Assembly (NCBI GenBank): GCA_963789955.1
Contig: CAWBMV010000012.1
Location: 32,001 to 96,000, forward strand
Length of the DNA stretch: 64,000 nt
Reading direction: 5' to 3'
Source: an uncultured Candidatus Rokubacteria bacterium
GTDB taxonomy: Bacteria; Methylomirabilota; Methylomirabilia; Rokubacteriales; CSP1-6
Part shown: in pieces, positions 22,145-32,506 of the stretch
How the letters are laid out: each line of letters begins with the position of its first letter
Numbering within the stretch: position 1 is the first letter of the stretch
Notes under the pieces: generated by a model
What the model was told of the DNA's origin: nothing
What the model saw: the letters and a program-made list of their open reading frames with translations, nothing else
The model's database searches: none
Made by a program: the position numbers and the translations under genes

Positions 22145-23438
22145 CAGGCGGCCTGGGGCCGGTTGGTCGGCGGCATCGTCGTCCGGCCCGACAGCTCCTC
22201 GGTCAGCCGTGTCGCGTCCAGCTCGCCCTCCCAGCGCGCCACGACGATGGCGGCGACGCCGTTGCCGATGAAGTTGGTGATCGACCGCGCCTCGGACATG
22301 AAGCGGTCGATGCCGAGGATGAGCGCCAGCCCGGCCACCGGAATCGACGGGACGACGGCCAGCGTGGCGGCCAGCGTGATGAAGCCGGCGCCGGTCACGC
22401 CCGACGCGCCCTTGGACGTCAGCATCGCGACGCCGAGCAGCGTCAGCTGCTGCCGCAGCGTGAGCTCGATGTTGAGCGCCTGCGCGACGAACAGCGCGGC
22501 CATCGTCAGGTAGATGTTGGTGCCGTCGAGGTTGAACGAGTAGCCGGACGGCACGACCAGGCCGACGACCGATCGCGAGCAGCCCAGCCGCTCGAGCTTC
22601 TGCATCAGCGGCACGAGCGCCGATTCCGACGACGACGTGCCGAGCACGGTCAGCAGCTCGTCCTTGATGTAGGCGATGAAGCGCAGGATGCTGAAGCCGG
22701 TGAAGGCGGCGATGCGTGCCGAGCACCACCAGGACGAACAGCAGGCAGGTCAGGTAGAAGCTGCCCATCAGCGCGGCCAGCGGCCGCAGCGAGTCGATGC
22801 CGTAGCGGCCGATGGTGAACGCCATCGCGCCGCCGGCGCCGATCGGCGCCAGCTTCATCAGCGCGTTCATCATCGCGAAGAAGATGTGCGAGCAGGCCTC
22901 GATGAAGTGGTGCACGGTGTCGCCCTGCGCGCCCATGTGCGTCATGGCGTAGCCGAAGAGGATCGGCCACGAACAGCACCTGCAGCAGATCGCCCGAGCC
23001 GGTGAACGCGTCGATGAACGTCGTCGGGATGATGTGCAGGATGAAGTCGGTGGTGGTCTGCGTCGGCGGCGCGCTTCGCGTAGTCGGCGACGGCGTTCGC
23101 GTCGAGGGTGGCGGGGTCGACGTTGAAGCCGGCGCCCGGCCGCACCACGTTGACCACGACGAGGCCGATGACGAGCGCGACGCGTCGAGACGACCTCGAA
23201 GTAGATCAGCGCCTTGCCGCCGACGCGGCCGACCTTCTTCATGTCGCCGGCGCCGGCGATGCCGAGGACGACGGTGCAGAAGATGATCGGGCTGATGAGC
23301 ATCTTGACGAGCGCGATGAAGCCGTCGCCGAGCGGCTTCAGCTTCACCGCGGTCGCCGGATCGACGTAGCCCGAGCGTCCCGCCCGCGAGGATGGCGAGC
23401 AGGACCCAGAAATAGAGGTGCCGGGTCAGTTTCCTCAT
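22144..23438 (-). CDS. dctA: C4-dicarboxylate:cation symporter, frameshifted
   Basis: [46 protein letters not shown]. Confidence 0.9.
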
Positions 23439-23546
23439 GCGCGAGCGCAAGTATAACGCACGCACACCACGCTCACTGGGCGCCCGCCGTGCCGCTGCGG
23501 CTCGAGCCGCTACCGAAGCACGTGCCGTACCAGGTTCATCGACGAT

Positions 23547-24191
23547 TCAGCCTGGGATCACGGTCAACGTCTTCGCCATCGTGCCGCCTTTGGTCGTCGC
23601 CTTGATGGACGCCGTGGCGCGCTTGCCGACCGAGCCGGTCGTCAGGGCGAATGGCGCCTGCGTCGCGCCCAGTGGGACCGTCACTGCCGGCGTGGGCATC
23701 GCGGCGGCGGGCTTGTTCGAGCTCAGCGTCACGACGACGTCGCCGGGACCGGCGGCGCACTCCAGGACCACTATCCCGTCCACGCCCATGCCTCCGGCCA
23801 CAGGGTTGGGCAGCAGCGTGATCTTTTTCGGGACCATCGGTTTCAGCGTCAGCACGATCGAGCGTGTCCACGCGGCGCCGACCGCGGTAATGGTGGCGGT
23901 CTCTGTGTCTGCAACGGCCGTCGTCTTTACCGAGAAGCTCTTGGAAAGCAGACCGGCGTTGAACATCACCTGCGCGGGTACGGTTGCGTTGACGTTGTCG
24001 CTCGAGAGGGCCACCGTCATGCCGGCCGGCGGCGCCGGAGCCGTCAACGTCACCTTCCCGCTGGCAGGAAGACAACCCGAGAGCAGAGTAGTTGACAAGG
24101 TGAGCGCCCCCGGAGCGACCGTCGTGACGACTTGCGCCCGCGCCGACACCGACGCGACCAGAACCACCGCTCCGAGCAGAACACGGTCCAT
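23547..24191 (-). CDS. Secreted protein with two Ig-like beta-sandwich repeats
   Basis: Signal peptide; repeated V-x-L-x-x-x-A-x-x-G-x-x-x-V-x-LSS-x-x-x-x-A pattern. Confidence 0.65.
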   Translation of the reverse strand: MDRVLLGAVVLVASVSARAQVVTTVAPGALTLSTTLLSGCLPASGKVTLTAPAPPAGMTVALSSDNVNATVPAQVMFNAGLLSKSFSVKTTAVADTETATITAVGAAWTRSIVLTLKPMVPKKITLLPNPVAGGMGVDGIVVLECAAGPGDVVVTLSSNKPAAAMPTPAVTVPLGATQAPFALTTGSVGKRATASIKATTKGGTMAKTLTVIPG

Positions 24192-24340
24192 GTGTACCCC
24201 TCTCTCACCTCCCGAGATGGAACCCTGATTCCCCAGCCATCGTCTACATCAGACACGCGCCGGCAGCTGCGGCGCGCATGAATCAAGGGCGGGACTCCCG
24301 TCAGTATAAGGAGAAGCCGGCCTGCGAAGAGAGGCCGGTC

Positions 24341-24744
24341 ATGTGGAGTGCGGCGACGGTACTCGTGTGCGCGCTGGACATCCTGGGACGCAGCGCGGCC
24401 ACCTTCCCTCCCATCGTATTGCTGGTCGAACGGCCGCCGGACGTGTCAGCGCTCGCCGAGGCGTTCACACGGACTGGCGTCGAGACAATCTTACGTCGCT
24501 CACGTCCAGCGAAATGTTCCGCAGCATCCAGCGCTCCAACAACCGGTGTGGGCACGTCGCCCCCGTGCGGAAGCTGGCCAGCATCCTGGTGCATGAGGAA
24601 GCGCACGTCCGTCATGGGAGCAGCGAGGTGGACGCGTACCGCGCCCAACTGGCCACACTTGCCCTGCTGGGCACCAGCCCAGGCAGCCCCCTCTACACGG
24701 GGGTGGCGCTCTCCATGCGGGCGGCGCTGGCCGCGGCCCGGTGA
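24341..24744 (+). CDS. Small hypothetical protein with HEXXH motif, frameshifted
   Basis: MWSAATVLVCAL joined by one shift to LASILVHEEAH...EVDAY. Confidence 0.6.
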
Positions 24745-24756
24745 TCGTCTCGAGCG

Positions 24757-25708
24757 TCAGGACTTGGGCAGTGCGACATGGACCGGGTACGCGCGCTCGC
24801 CGGCAAGAACCTTCACGGCGAGCCGGTTCTCAGGCAGGGGAATCGGACACGTCGTGTAGGGGTTGAAGGCACAGGGCGGGTTGTAGGCCTGGTTGAAATC
24901 GAGCACGGTCGTGTTGTCGTCGCGAAGATCGGAGTAGAGAAAGCGCGCCGCCTCGTAGGTCTCTTCCCCGCTCGATCGATCGCGAAACACGAAATAGAAC
25001 CGCTTCGGCCGGGTCGTGAACGGCCGGAGCCGCAGCGTCTGTCCCTGCAGCGTGAACTCGACGACGCCCTCGGTCTTGAACGTGTCCGCATCGCCGAAGG
25101 TGTTCAGCACGTGCACGTCGCGAGGGGTCGCGTCGGGAATGAAGCGCCCGGTGACGCGGTAGTCCATCTGGATCGGAAACCACTTGAAGCCGAGGAACCC
25201 GCGCGCCAGCTCGCCCTCGGGATCCCAGACGCGAAGAGACTTCCGTTCGCCGCTCCTGTGCACGACCATCCGGATGCTGCCGACCTCGAGCAGATCGGGC
25301 TCGTCGGCTCCGTCGTCGGCGAGATCGACGGGCTGCGTGACCGGCTGACGCGCGGAGCAACACGCGTGATTCGGGCTCCGGCTCGAAGCGTACGACGTCG
25401 CCGCGAAGCACGAACCGCCCGATGCAGCGGCGCGAGCGGACGCCGGCAGGACGATGTCGTTGGTGCGGCGCTGCCTGCCGTGTGGCTGCCGGGCTCGAGG
25501 AAGTGCAGGCCCGCAATCGTCGCCCAGTCGCGCCGATAGCTCGCCTCGTGCGCGGCGCGCCAGTCGTCGGTCTCCTTGGTCGCCGCCGCGACATCCAGCG
25601 CCGCGCGATCGACCGGACGAGCGAGCGGCCCTGCACGCCGCGCCTGCCGTCAGACAGAGGACGCCACAGCCGACCAGGACGGCGACGCGCCTGGACGGGC
25701 TCGATCAA
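24757..25708 (-). CDS. DUF1684 domain protein, frameshifted; start uncertain
   Basis: FRDRSSGEETYEAARFL, LDFNQAYNPPCAFNPYTTCPIPLPENRL. Confidence 0.9.
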
Positions 25709-25803
25709 CCGCGTGTGACTCCATGTGAGACAGGATCATAGTGCTGTTGCAGTACCGTAGGCTTGGGGCTGGCGCCCATGTTCCGCCGGCCACAGGAGTG
25801 ACC

Positions 25804-27263
25804 ATGCACCGGATCATGCCGACGATGCAGCAGCGCTGCTGCTCGGCGCCGCGGCAGCCGCGATCTTCGTAGCCACCACGCAGGGCCAGTCGATTCTCGG
25901 CCCGCCAAGCGAGGCCAACCACTTCATCGAGACCCCGAAAGGCTGGGTGCACCCGAAGACACCGTGGGGTGAGCCCGATATTCAGGCCACGTTGAACATG
26001 ATGCAGGCCGCTGGTGTTCCGCTCGAGCGTTGCGCCAACAGCTACCGCTTCGGCGGTCCGCCGTGCGACATGAACAAGAAGTGGTGGACGGAAGAGGAGC
26101 ACAAGCAGCGCCTCGCCGCAGCCGCCGGCCGCGGCGACCTCGGCCGACAGCTGATCGCAAAGGGCGAGTTCGGCCGCGCGCTGCTCACCGGCGTCACCGA
26201 CCCCGCCACTCCGCAGCGGCAGACCAGCCTCATCGTCGATCCGCCGAGCGGCTTGCTGCCGGACATCGACCCCGGAGGGCAAGCGCCGCGCGCTCCAGAT
26301 GGGCAGCTCCTGGGCGCTGCCGGCCGAGGATCCGGTGTACGACGGCCCGCTCGATTTCGACTTCTGGGACAACTGCCGCTCGCGCGGCATGCCCTCGTCG
26401 ATGATGCCGTATCGCTACAACGGCGGGTTCACGATCTGGCAGGCGCCGGGAGTCGTCGTGTTCGACCTCGAGATGATTCACGACACGCGCGTCATCTACA
26501 CGGACGGCCGGGCGCCGCTGTCGTCGGCGCACAAGCAGTACATGGGCGAGTCGCGGGGACACTGGGAGGGCAACACGCTCGTCGTCGAGACGACGAACTA
26601 CAAGGAAGGCCCGCCGCTGATCAACCTCGCGGTCGTCGGATCGCCGGCGGGGAATCGCTTCCCCGTCAGCGACAAGCTGAAGACGACCGAGCGGATCACG
26701 CGTCTCAACGACGCGACGTGGCTGTACGAGATCAAGACCGAGGATCCGGTCATCCTCACGCGTCCGTTCACGGTGCGCTACCCGATGCGCAACGACCCGA
26801 CCTACCAGTGGTGGGAATACGCGTGCCACGAGGGGAACACGATCGTCCAGAACTACGGCGACACGAACCGCTACGAGCGCGAGCATCCGACACAGGAACC
26901 ACCCGCCGCGACGGTCCAGGCGCCGGCAGAGGTCGCCAATGCGCTGACCGGGCGGTGGACTGGCCGGCCCCGCCTCGCCACGCTCGACTACGACATCTTC
27001 CTGGAGTTCACGCAGGAACCCCGATGGAACCGTTCAGGGAAAACTGATCGGCACCGATCTCAAGACCTTCCGCGGCAAGGTCGCGCAGACGGTCGACAAG
27101 GCGCTGCGGGACTTCACGATGAAAGACCGGCGGATGAACTTCGAGTTGCCCAACACGCAGCCGTGGACGTTTGCCGGCGAGCTCTCGGCGGACGGCACGT
27201 CCATCACGCGGCACGCTGAACAGCGCCCAGGGCGGAATGCCGGTGACGTTCCGGAAGGGGTGA
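25804..27263 (+). CDS. Uncharacterised exported Cys-containing protein (paralog 2) with extra C-terminal domain, frameshifted
   Basis: PKTPWGEPDIQ, TSLIVDPPSG, NCRSRG, TRVIYTDGR, GESRGHWEGNTLVVET, EYACHEGN. Confidence 0.8.
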
Positions 27264-28228
27264 TCATCGGCCGGGTGCCGCGGGTCCGCCGGGCCGGGCA
27301 CCGAAATTGGTCGTGACCGGCTCGCCCCTCAACTCCTGGAACGCCACGTTCACGTTGATCACGGCTCGCGACAGCGGCGTCCCGCCGTACTCCAGATCAG
27401 GCAGCAGCTCTTCCCCCGTAAAGGCCGGGAACCTCGGCTTCAGGCTGGCAGCGACGTCCTCGGCGGTCTGCTTCGCCCAGGCCGCCCTTGGCAGCGTCGA
27501 GCAGCGCGCGGTTGAACTCGCGTGTAGTCCCGGAATCCCGCCCAGGTGTTGACGTCGCCGTGGCCCTCGATGACGGTGTCCACGTTCTTGATGCCCTTCA
27601 ACGCCTTCTCGAGCGTGTCGGGCAGCGCGACCACGCTGCCGCCGGTCGCCGGATCGATGAGCGGCGCCATCTTCCACGCCATCAGATCGCCGATGCACAT
27701 CGCCCGCACCGACGGGAACACCACGAAGGCGTCGCCGTTGGTGTGGCCGGCGCCGAAGTAGTAAAGGTCGATACGGTCTTTGCCAGTCCCGAGCGTCACC
27801 TTGTCGGAGAAGGTGCGATCGGGCTTCATCGCGGCGTTCGATCGCGGGTTGGCATCGATCCACTTCTTCGTGTTCTCGTGGGTCACGACCTCGATCGCCG
27901 GCCGCGCGGCCTTGAAGTAGTCGTTGCTGCCGTTGTGATCCGGGTGCGTGTGCGTGTTGATGATCATCGACACCGGCCTGTCGGTGACCGTGCGCACCTG
28001 GTTCAGGATCGCCTCGCCGTTGTTGGCGAGCTTGGTGTCGACGAGCACGACGCCTGCACTGGTCACGAACACGGTCGTGTTGCCGCCGGCGCCGGGAATC
28101 ACGTAGAGGGTGTCGCGGACCTGCGTGATCGCGCCGGTGGGCGGAATCCGCGGGCCGCGTTGCGCCGCCACGCCGGACACGGCCAGGCCCACCACGACGA
28201 TCGCTGCCAGCAGTCTCTTGCGCTTCAT
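27264..28228 (-). CDS. Secreted MBL-fold metallo-hydrolase (cyclase-like), frameshift near C-terminus
   Basis: Signal peptide; GAGGNT, LVDTK, NTHTHPDHNGSN, GHTNGD, IEGHG. Confidence 0.9.
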
Positions 28229-28344
28229 TGACGCCGATGATATTCCGCCTACAATGCGCGCGGTAGCGACGTCCGACCGTCAGCAGCGGTAGACTCTACG
28301 TCAAGGGGGTGAGTCCCGCCTTGGGACCCACCGAGGGAGAGCAC

Positions 28345-29523
28345 ATGAGACGTCTCATTCTTCGAGCGCTGATGGCGCTGGCGGGCACCGCGATCCTCAC
28401 GAGCAGCGGTGTGTCCGGACAAGGCCGCGTGGACTCGCCTGGTGTGATGACGCCGGACGGGACCGTGCCGGCGCTGGGGAGCTACAAGGTGCCGAAGACC
28501 CCCTGGGGCGAGCCGGACCTCCAGGGCACCTACAACGCCAACGACCTCCAGGGCATTCCGATGGCGCGCGCGCAGACGGTCGGCCCGCGCTACCGGTTGA
28601 GCGACGACGAGTTCAAGCAGCGCGTCGCGCAGCGCGATCAGAACGTGGCCAACGACAACAGCGACGAGTTCTCGCTGGAACGGGCCGAGGAGTTCGAGGC
28701 CAGGTTCGGCACCGTCGGCGGCGCCGTCTCGCCGCCACCGCATTGGCTCGAACGCGCCAGGAGCGTCAGCCGCGTGTCCTCCTACGTCATCGACCCGCCG
28801 GACGGCCGGATTCCGGCGTTGACGCCGGCGGCCCAGGCCGCGGCGACGCAGCGTCAGCAGGCCCAGGCCGCCCGCCGCAGGCAACTGAACGGCGTCGAGG
28901 CCGAGTGGACCACCGATCGCAGCAACTACGACCGCTGCATCAGCACCGGCGTGCTGAATTCGATCACCCCGAAGATCTACAACTCCGGCAGCCGCATCGT
29001 GCAGGGGCCGGGCTGGCTCGCGTTCCAGAACGAGATGATCCACGAGACGCGCGTGATCCCGACCGACGGCCGCAAGCAGGTGGGCGCCGTCAGGAATTGG
29101 ATGGGCACGTCGGTTGGCCACTGGGAAGGCGATGTGCTGGTCGTCGAAACCCGGAACGTCAAGCCCGAGTCGCCCGTCAACGGCCAGCCCGTGTCGGACG
29201 AGGGCGTGCTGATCGAACGGTTCACCCTGGCCGACGCGCACACGCTCGACTACCGTATGACGGTGAACGACCCCAAGGTCTACACCGCGTCGTGGACGCT
29301 GCGCCTGCCGATCCCGCGCGAAGAGAGCTACGGCTACTACGAATACGGCTGCCACGAGGGCAACTACGCGATGCCAAATCTCCTCGCCGGGTCGCGCGCC
29401 GAGGAGAAGCGGCGGGCCGAGGCCGTGGCCCGCGGCGAGAAGATTCCCGAGTATGTGGAGCCGGCGCGCGGCGGCGGCGCCGGCGCCGGAGGCGGCCGCG
29501 GCGGCGGTCGCGGAGGCAACTAG
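28345..29523 (+). CDS. Uncharacterised exported Cys-containing protein (paralog 3) with Gly/Arg tail
   Basis: SD gaggga; PKTPWGEPDLQG, VIDPPDGRIP, DRCIS, GHWEGDVLVVET, EYGCHEGN. Confidence 0.85.
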   Translation: MRRLILRALMALAGTAILTSSGVSGQGRVDSPGVMTPDGTVPALGSYKVPKTPWGEPDLQGTYNANDLQGIPMARAQTVGPRYRLSDDEFKQRVAQRDQNVANDNSDEFSLERAEEFEARFGTVGGAVSPPPHWLERARSVSRVSSYVIDPPDGRIPALTPAAQAAATQRQQAQAARRRQLNGVEAEWTTDRSNYDRCISTGVLNSITPKIYNSGSRIVQGPGWLAFQNEMIHETRVIPTDGRKQVGAVRNWMGTSVGHWEGDVLVVETRNVKPESPVNGQPVSDEGVLIERFTLADAHTLDYRMTVNDPKVYTASWTLRLPIPREESYGYYEYGCHEGNYAMPNLLAGSRAEEKRRAEAVARGEKIPEYVEPARGGGAGAGGGRGGGRGGN

Positions 29524-30779
29524 CCCGTCTGCCTCAACCGGGCTCCGAGCGGAGTCGACTCCCGTGCCAGCGACGTGAAGTACGTCACGTGTCGGGCACG
29601 GGAGACGTCCTCCGCGTAGCGCTCGCTCGCGATCCGCTGCGCCCGTTCCGCCACCAGACCATACCAGGCCGGATCGTCCCAAAGCGCACAGACCGCGTCG
29701 TACCACGGCTCGAGGTCGCCTTCGCTGGGCAGCGCCAGCGTGTCCACGGTCAGCCAGTCCGGCAGCGGCAGCACGAATCCGCCACCGCCATTTCTCACAT
29801 CGCCGCCGACGACGTGCGGCAGCGATCCGCGATTGCTGACGAGCGTGGGGATACCGTTGATCATCGCCTCGGCCGCCACCCGGCCGAAGGGCTCCTCCCA
29901 GACAGACGGCACGAGCAGAATGCGGGTCAGCTCCAGAAAGTCTGCCGGAGCCGACACGGGTGGCGAGGCCAGGATCTGCGGGTACTTGCCGAAGTCGATG
30001 CCGGGAATCGCGTTGAGCGCCCCGGCGCTGCGGCCAGACTGCACGACCAGCATTGGAATGTCCGGCCTGCGAGATCCCAGCATGTCGGCAAGCCGGGCGA
30101 ACACGAACAAGCCCTTGTGGGGTGCCGGGTGAACGAAGGTGACGAAGCGGCGCGCACCTGGAGGCGCCACGACCGTTGACCAGTCGATCGGCGGCTCAAG
30201 CGGGACGCTGACCAGGCCGATGCGGGCGCGATAGACCTCTGTCAGGTACTCGCTGCACGTGAACGCGTGGTCGACGTGCTCGAAATAGCGCCGGTTGTAA
30301 TAGCCGTAGCCGCGCACTGCAAACGCCGTGGTCATCCCCAAGGCACGCGCTCTGGCCATCGCTGCCCCGATCATGGGATGGGCGTTGCAGGCGATCACCT
30401 GGTCGGGCGAGAACGCGCTGAGCAGGTTATCGACCAGATCGAGATACTGTCGCGACTCGGATGGATCGGGGGACGCTTCGTCGTTGTGGCGCGTCAGCAA
30501 CAACGTCACCGGCACGCCGCCGGCGTGATAGCGAACCACCGGCCGCCCGTTCGCGTCGGAGGACCGGGCTGTGGACTCTGATACAGGCAGCGCACGGGCG
30601 CCGACCTGCTCCAGATGTTCTTCGACGGTGAAGACGACCGCGCTTTCGAAGCGCGCGGTCGTGAGAATGTGGCAGGCGTGGCCGGCCTCGGCGAGCCACG
30701 TCATGATGGTACGCAGGCTCCGCGTGACTCCCGCCGTCGGGTCAGTGATGCAGTGGTTGTTGACCAGCAGGAATCGCAC
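29520..30779 (-). CDS. Glycosyltransferase family 4 (GT-B)
   Basis: PAPHKG, LVPSVWEEPFGRVAAEAMINGIP (E-x7-E), SNRGSLP. Confidence 0.92.
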   Translation of the reverse strand: MRFLLVNNHCITDPTAGVTRSLRTIMTWLAEAGHACHILTTARFESAVVFTVEEHLEQVGARALPVSESTARSSDANGRPVVRYHAGGVPVTLLLTRHNDEASPDPSESRQYLDLVDNLLSAFSPDQVIACNAHPMIGAAMARARALGMTTAFAVRGYGYYNRRYFEHVDHAFTCSEYLTEVYRARIGLVSVPLEPPIDWSTVVAPPGARRFVTFVHPAPHKGLFVFARLADMLGSRRPDIPMLVVQSGRSAGALNAIPGIDFGKYPQILASPPVSAPADFLELTRILLVPSVWEEPFGRVAAEAMINGIPTLVSNRGSLPHVVGGDVRNGGGGFVLPLPDWLTVDTLALPSEGDLEPWYDAVCALWDDPAWYGLVAERAQRIASERYAEDVSRARHVTYFTSLARESTPLGARLRQTG

Positions 30780-30818
30780 GAGGTCCTGCAGGCGACGCTG
30801 TCGCCGCTGCCGGTCGCC

Positions 30819-31052
30819 CTATCTCAGCCGTCGCCTGATCACCCACGCGGCGGCTGGCGCCAGCATCAGGAGTGTCGCGGGCTCGGGAACTGGCGGAGGA
30901 CAGCCCGAGCACTGGGCGGACACGGTGACCGGTGCGACGGCCACCTGCGCCAGCGGCACGAGCGAGGCCACGAGCGCAGCCGACCTCAGTCCATTCAGTC
31001 CACGCCCCAGTTGCTTCGGTTGCGCGAAACTCGCACGCAGCTCATCAGACAT
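30819..31052 (-). CDS. PEP-CTERM micro-protein (77 aa): signal peptide + QCSGCPPP + VPEP sorting signal
   Basis: SD-like agagggg upstream; VPEPATLLMLAPAAAWVIRRRLR is a PEP motif, TM helix and basic tail. Confidence 0.85.
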   Translation of the reverse strand: MSDELRASFAQPKQLGRGLNGLRSAALVASLVPLAQVAVAPVTVSAQCSGCPPPVPEPATLLMLAPAAAWVIRRRLR

Positions 31053-31185
31053 TCGGGCCCCTCTACGTGACGGATTCGCGCAACGACCATCGCTGCAATC
31101 GATCGAGGATACTCTCGAGACGATCTCGAGTCGAGCTCGACAGTGATACTCGTACCCAGTAGTCGACGTCATTGGACCGCCGATT

Positions 31186-31500
31186 CTATCGGCGCAGGAG
31201 TGCGAGGTTCACCGCGTTGGCCATCGCTTGATAGCCGACGTCGTTCAGATGCAGGTTGTCGGCGCCCTTGAACTGCGCCAGCAGCTGAAGGGGATTCCCG
31301 GGGTCGCGCACGGCCGCCTCGAAGTCGATGACGCCATCGTACGCACGGCTGGTGCGAACGAACTGGTTGAGCGCCTGACGGCGCGAGTCCTTCTCGCTGG
31401 AGTAGTAGCCTGGCGCGATCGCACCGAGGTTCGTGCCCTCGAACGGCAGGAACGTGCCCGCGATCGCCTATGCCGAGGCCGTGCGCCATGTGCCCGAACT
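31186..31500 (-). pseudogene. C-terminal remnant of SGNH/GDSL hydrolase
   Basis: Minus-strand reading GTFLPFEG...RQALNQFVRTSRAYDGVIDF...DNLHLNDVGYQAMA, containing block V DxxH. Confidence 0.75.
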
Positions 31501-31599
31501 CTTCGAGAGCTGTTTGTCTGGCTGATGCTCGTCCTGACGCGAGACTCGCCGATAGAGAGGAGGGCCTTAGCAGGCTCGCTCGGCCGAGTGGGGTGACCC

Positions 31600-32100
31600 T
31601 GGCGAAAGTCATCGGCGAAGCGCTGGAGCGCCCATTTCCAGAGGCGTGACCGCGGCCCGTTGCTGCCTCCCGCGTCGGCGGTGATCAAGAGCGTGCGGGC
31701 GCGCGGAAAGCGGTGGCGGCCCATGCGGGTCCACCACAACCGAATGGCGTTGACGGCAAACTCCGCCGTGTCATGGTCGATCCCGACACTGACCCAGCCT
31801 TCATTCTCCGCCAGGTCGTAGACGCCGTAGGGGATCGCCTTGCCCGTTGCCGGTCGAGGAAGTCATGCTTCCGGACGCAGGCCGGCGTCCGTGCGGCCGC
31901 CACCTGCGCCGCCGTTCTTGAAATCGCCGACCAATTCCTTCTTCTTGGTATCGACCGAGATGACCGGCTGGCGGTGCTGACGGCCCACGGTGACTCGCGG
32001 CATTGAGGTAGCGAAACTGCGCATCGCGATCGGGATGCGAGGCGCCTTCCGCGTCTTCGGTTGGCCTGCACGCTGTAGCCGCTCTTGAGCAGGGTGGCGG
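31600..32100 (-). mobile_element. Degraded ISAzo13-family (Rhodopirellula DDE) transposase fragment
   Basis: YSVQANR, QPVISVDTKKKELVGDFKNGG, GVYDLAENEGWVSVGIDHDTAEFAV, LLITADAGGSNGPRSRLWK. Confidence 0.88.
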
Positions 32101-32244
32101 CGATGCCCTCGTTCAGAACGCCCATCGTCTGTGGCGCCCGTCTTGACGCCGTCAGAGGCGGCGGGCGTCACAGACGATCGGGCCAGCGGTTGTTCTGTCC
32201 GGCGTCGCGAGCGTGCCGTCGGGTCGGTTGAATCGAAGCGCCAA

Positions 32245-32397
32245 TGCGACCCGGCTCCGACCGGCGGACCGGCCGAGGCCGACGGCGCCCACGTGCCCAC
32301 CCAATGTTCGGCGCGCCCGCCTTGGGCGACGGTCGCCCCTCCGCTCGCGAGGAGACATACGGCAGTCGCGACGGCAGCCAGTCGGATTGGTGTCATG
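32245..32397 (-). pseudogene. Probable N-terminal remnant of the same SGNH/GDSL hydrolase
   Basis: MTPIRLAAVATAVCLLASGG..AQ..EHWVGTWA: signal peptide plus the WVGTW motif typical of this hydrolase group. Confidence 0.55.
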
Positions 32398-32506
32398 ACG
32401 TGGAATTCTAGTGTGGCCGCGATCTCGCATCGCCACGTTGACTCGCACCGGACATCGGACCGATCATGCGCGTTCCGAGGTTTCAACCAGCGGGAGGGGT
32501 CTGCGA

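Noticed and set aside
20453..23347. 964-aa DctA-SSS fusion
   Set aside because: A frameshift in dctA leads into the SSS frame; dctA has its own stop at 22144
31095..31170. Cluster of short palindromes (ctcgag x2, gtcgagctcgac) upstream of the PEP-CTERM gene
   Set aside because: TCGA-containing words are abundant throughout this sequence; significance cannot be shown without statistics
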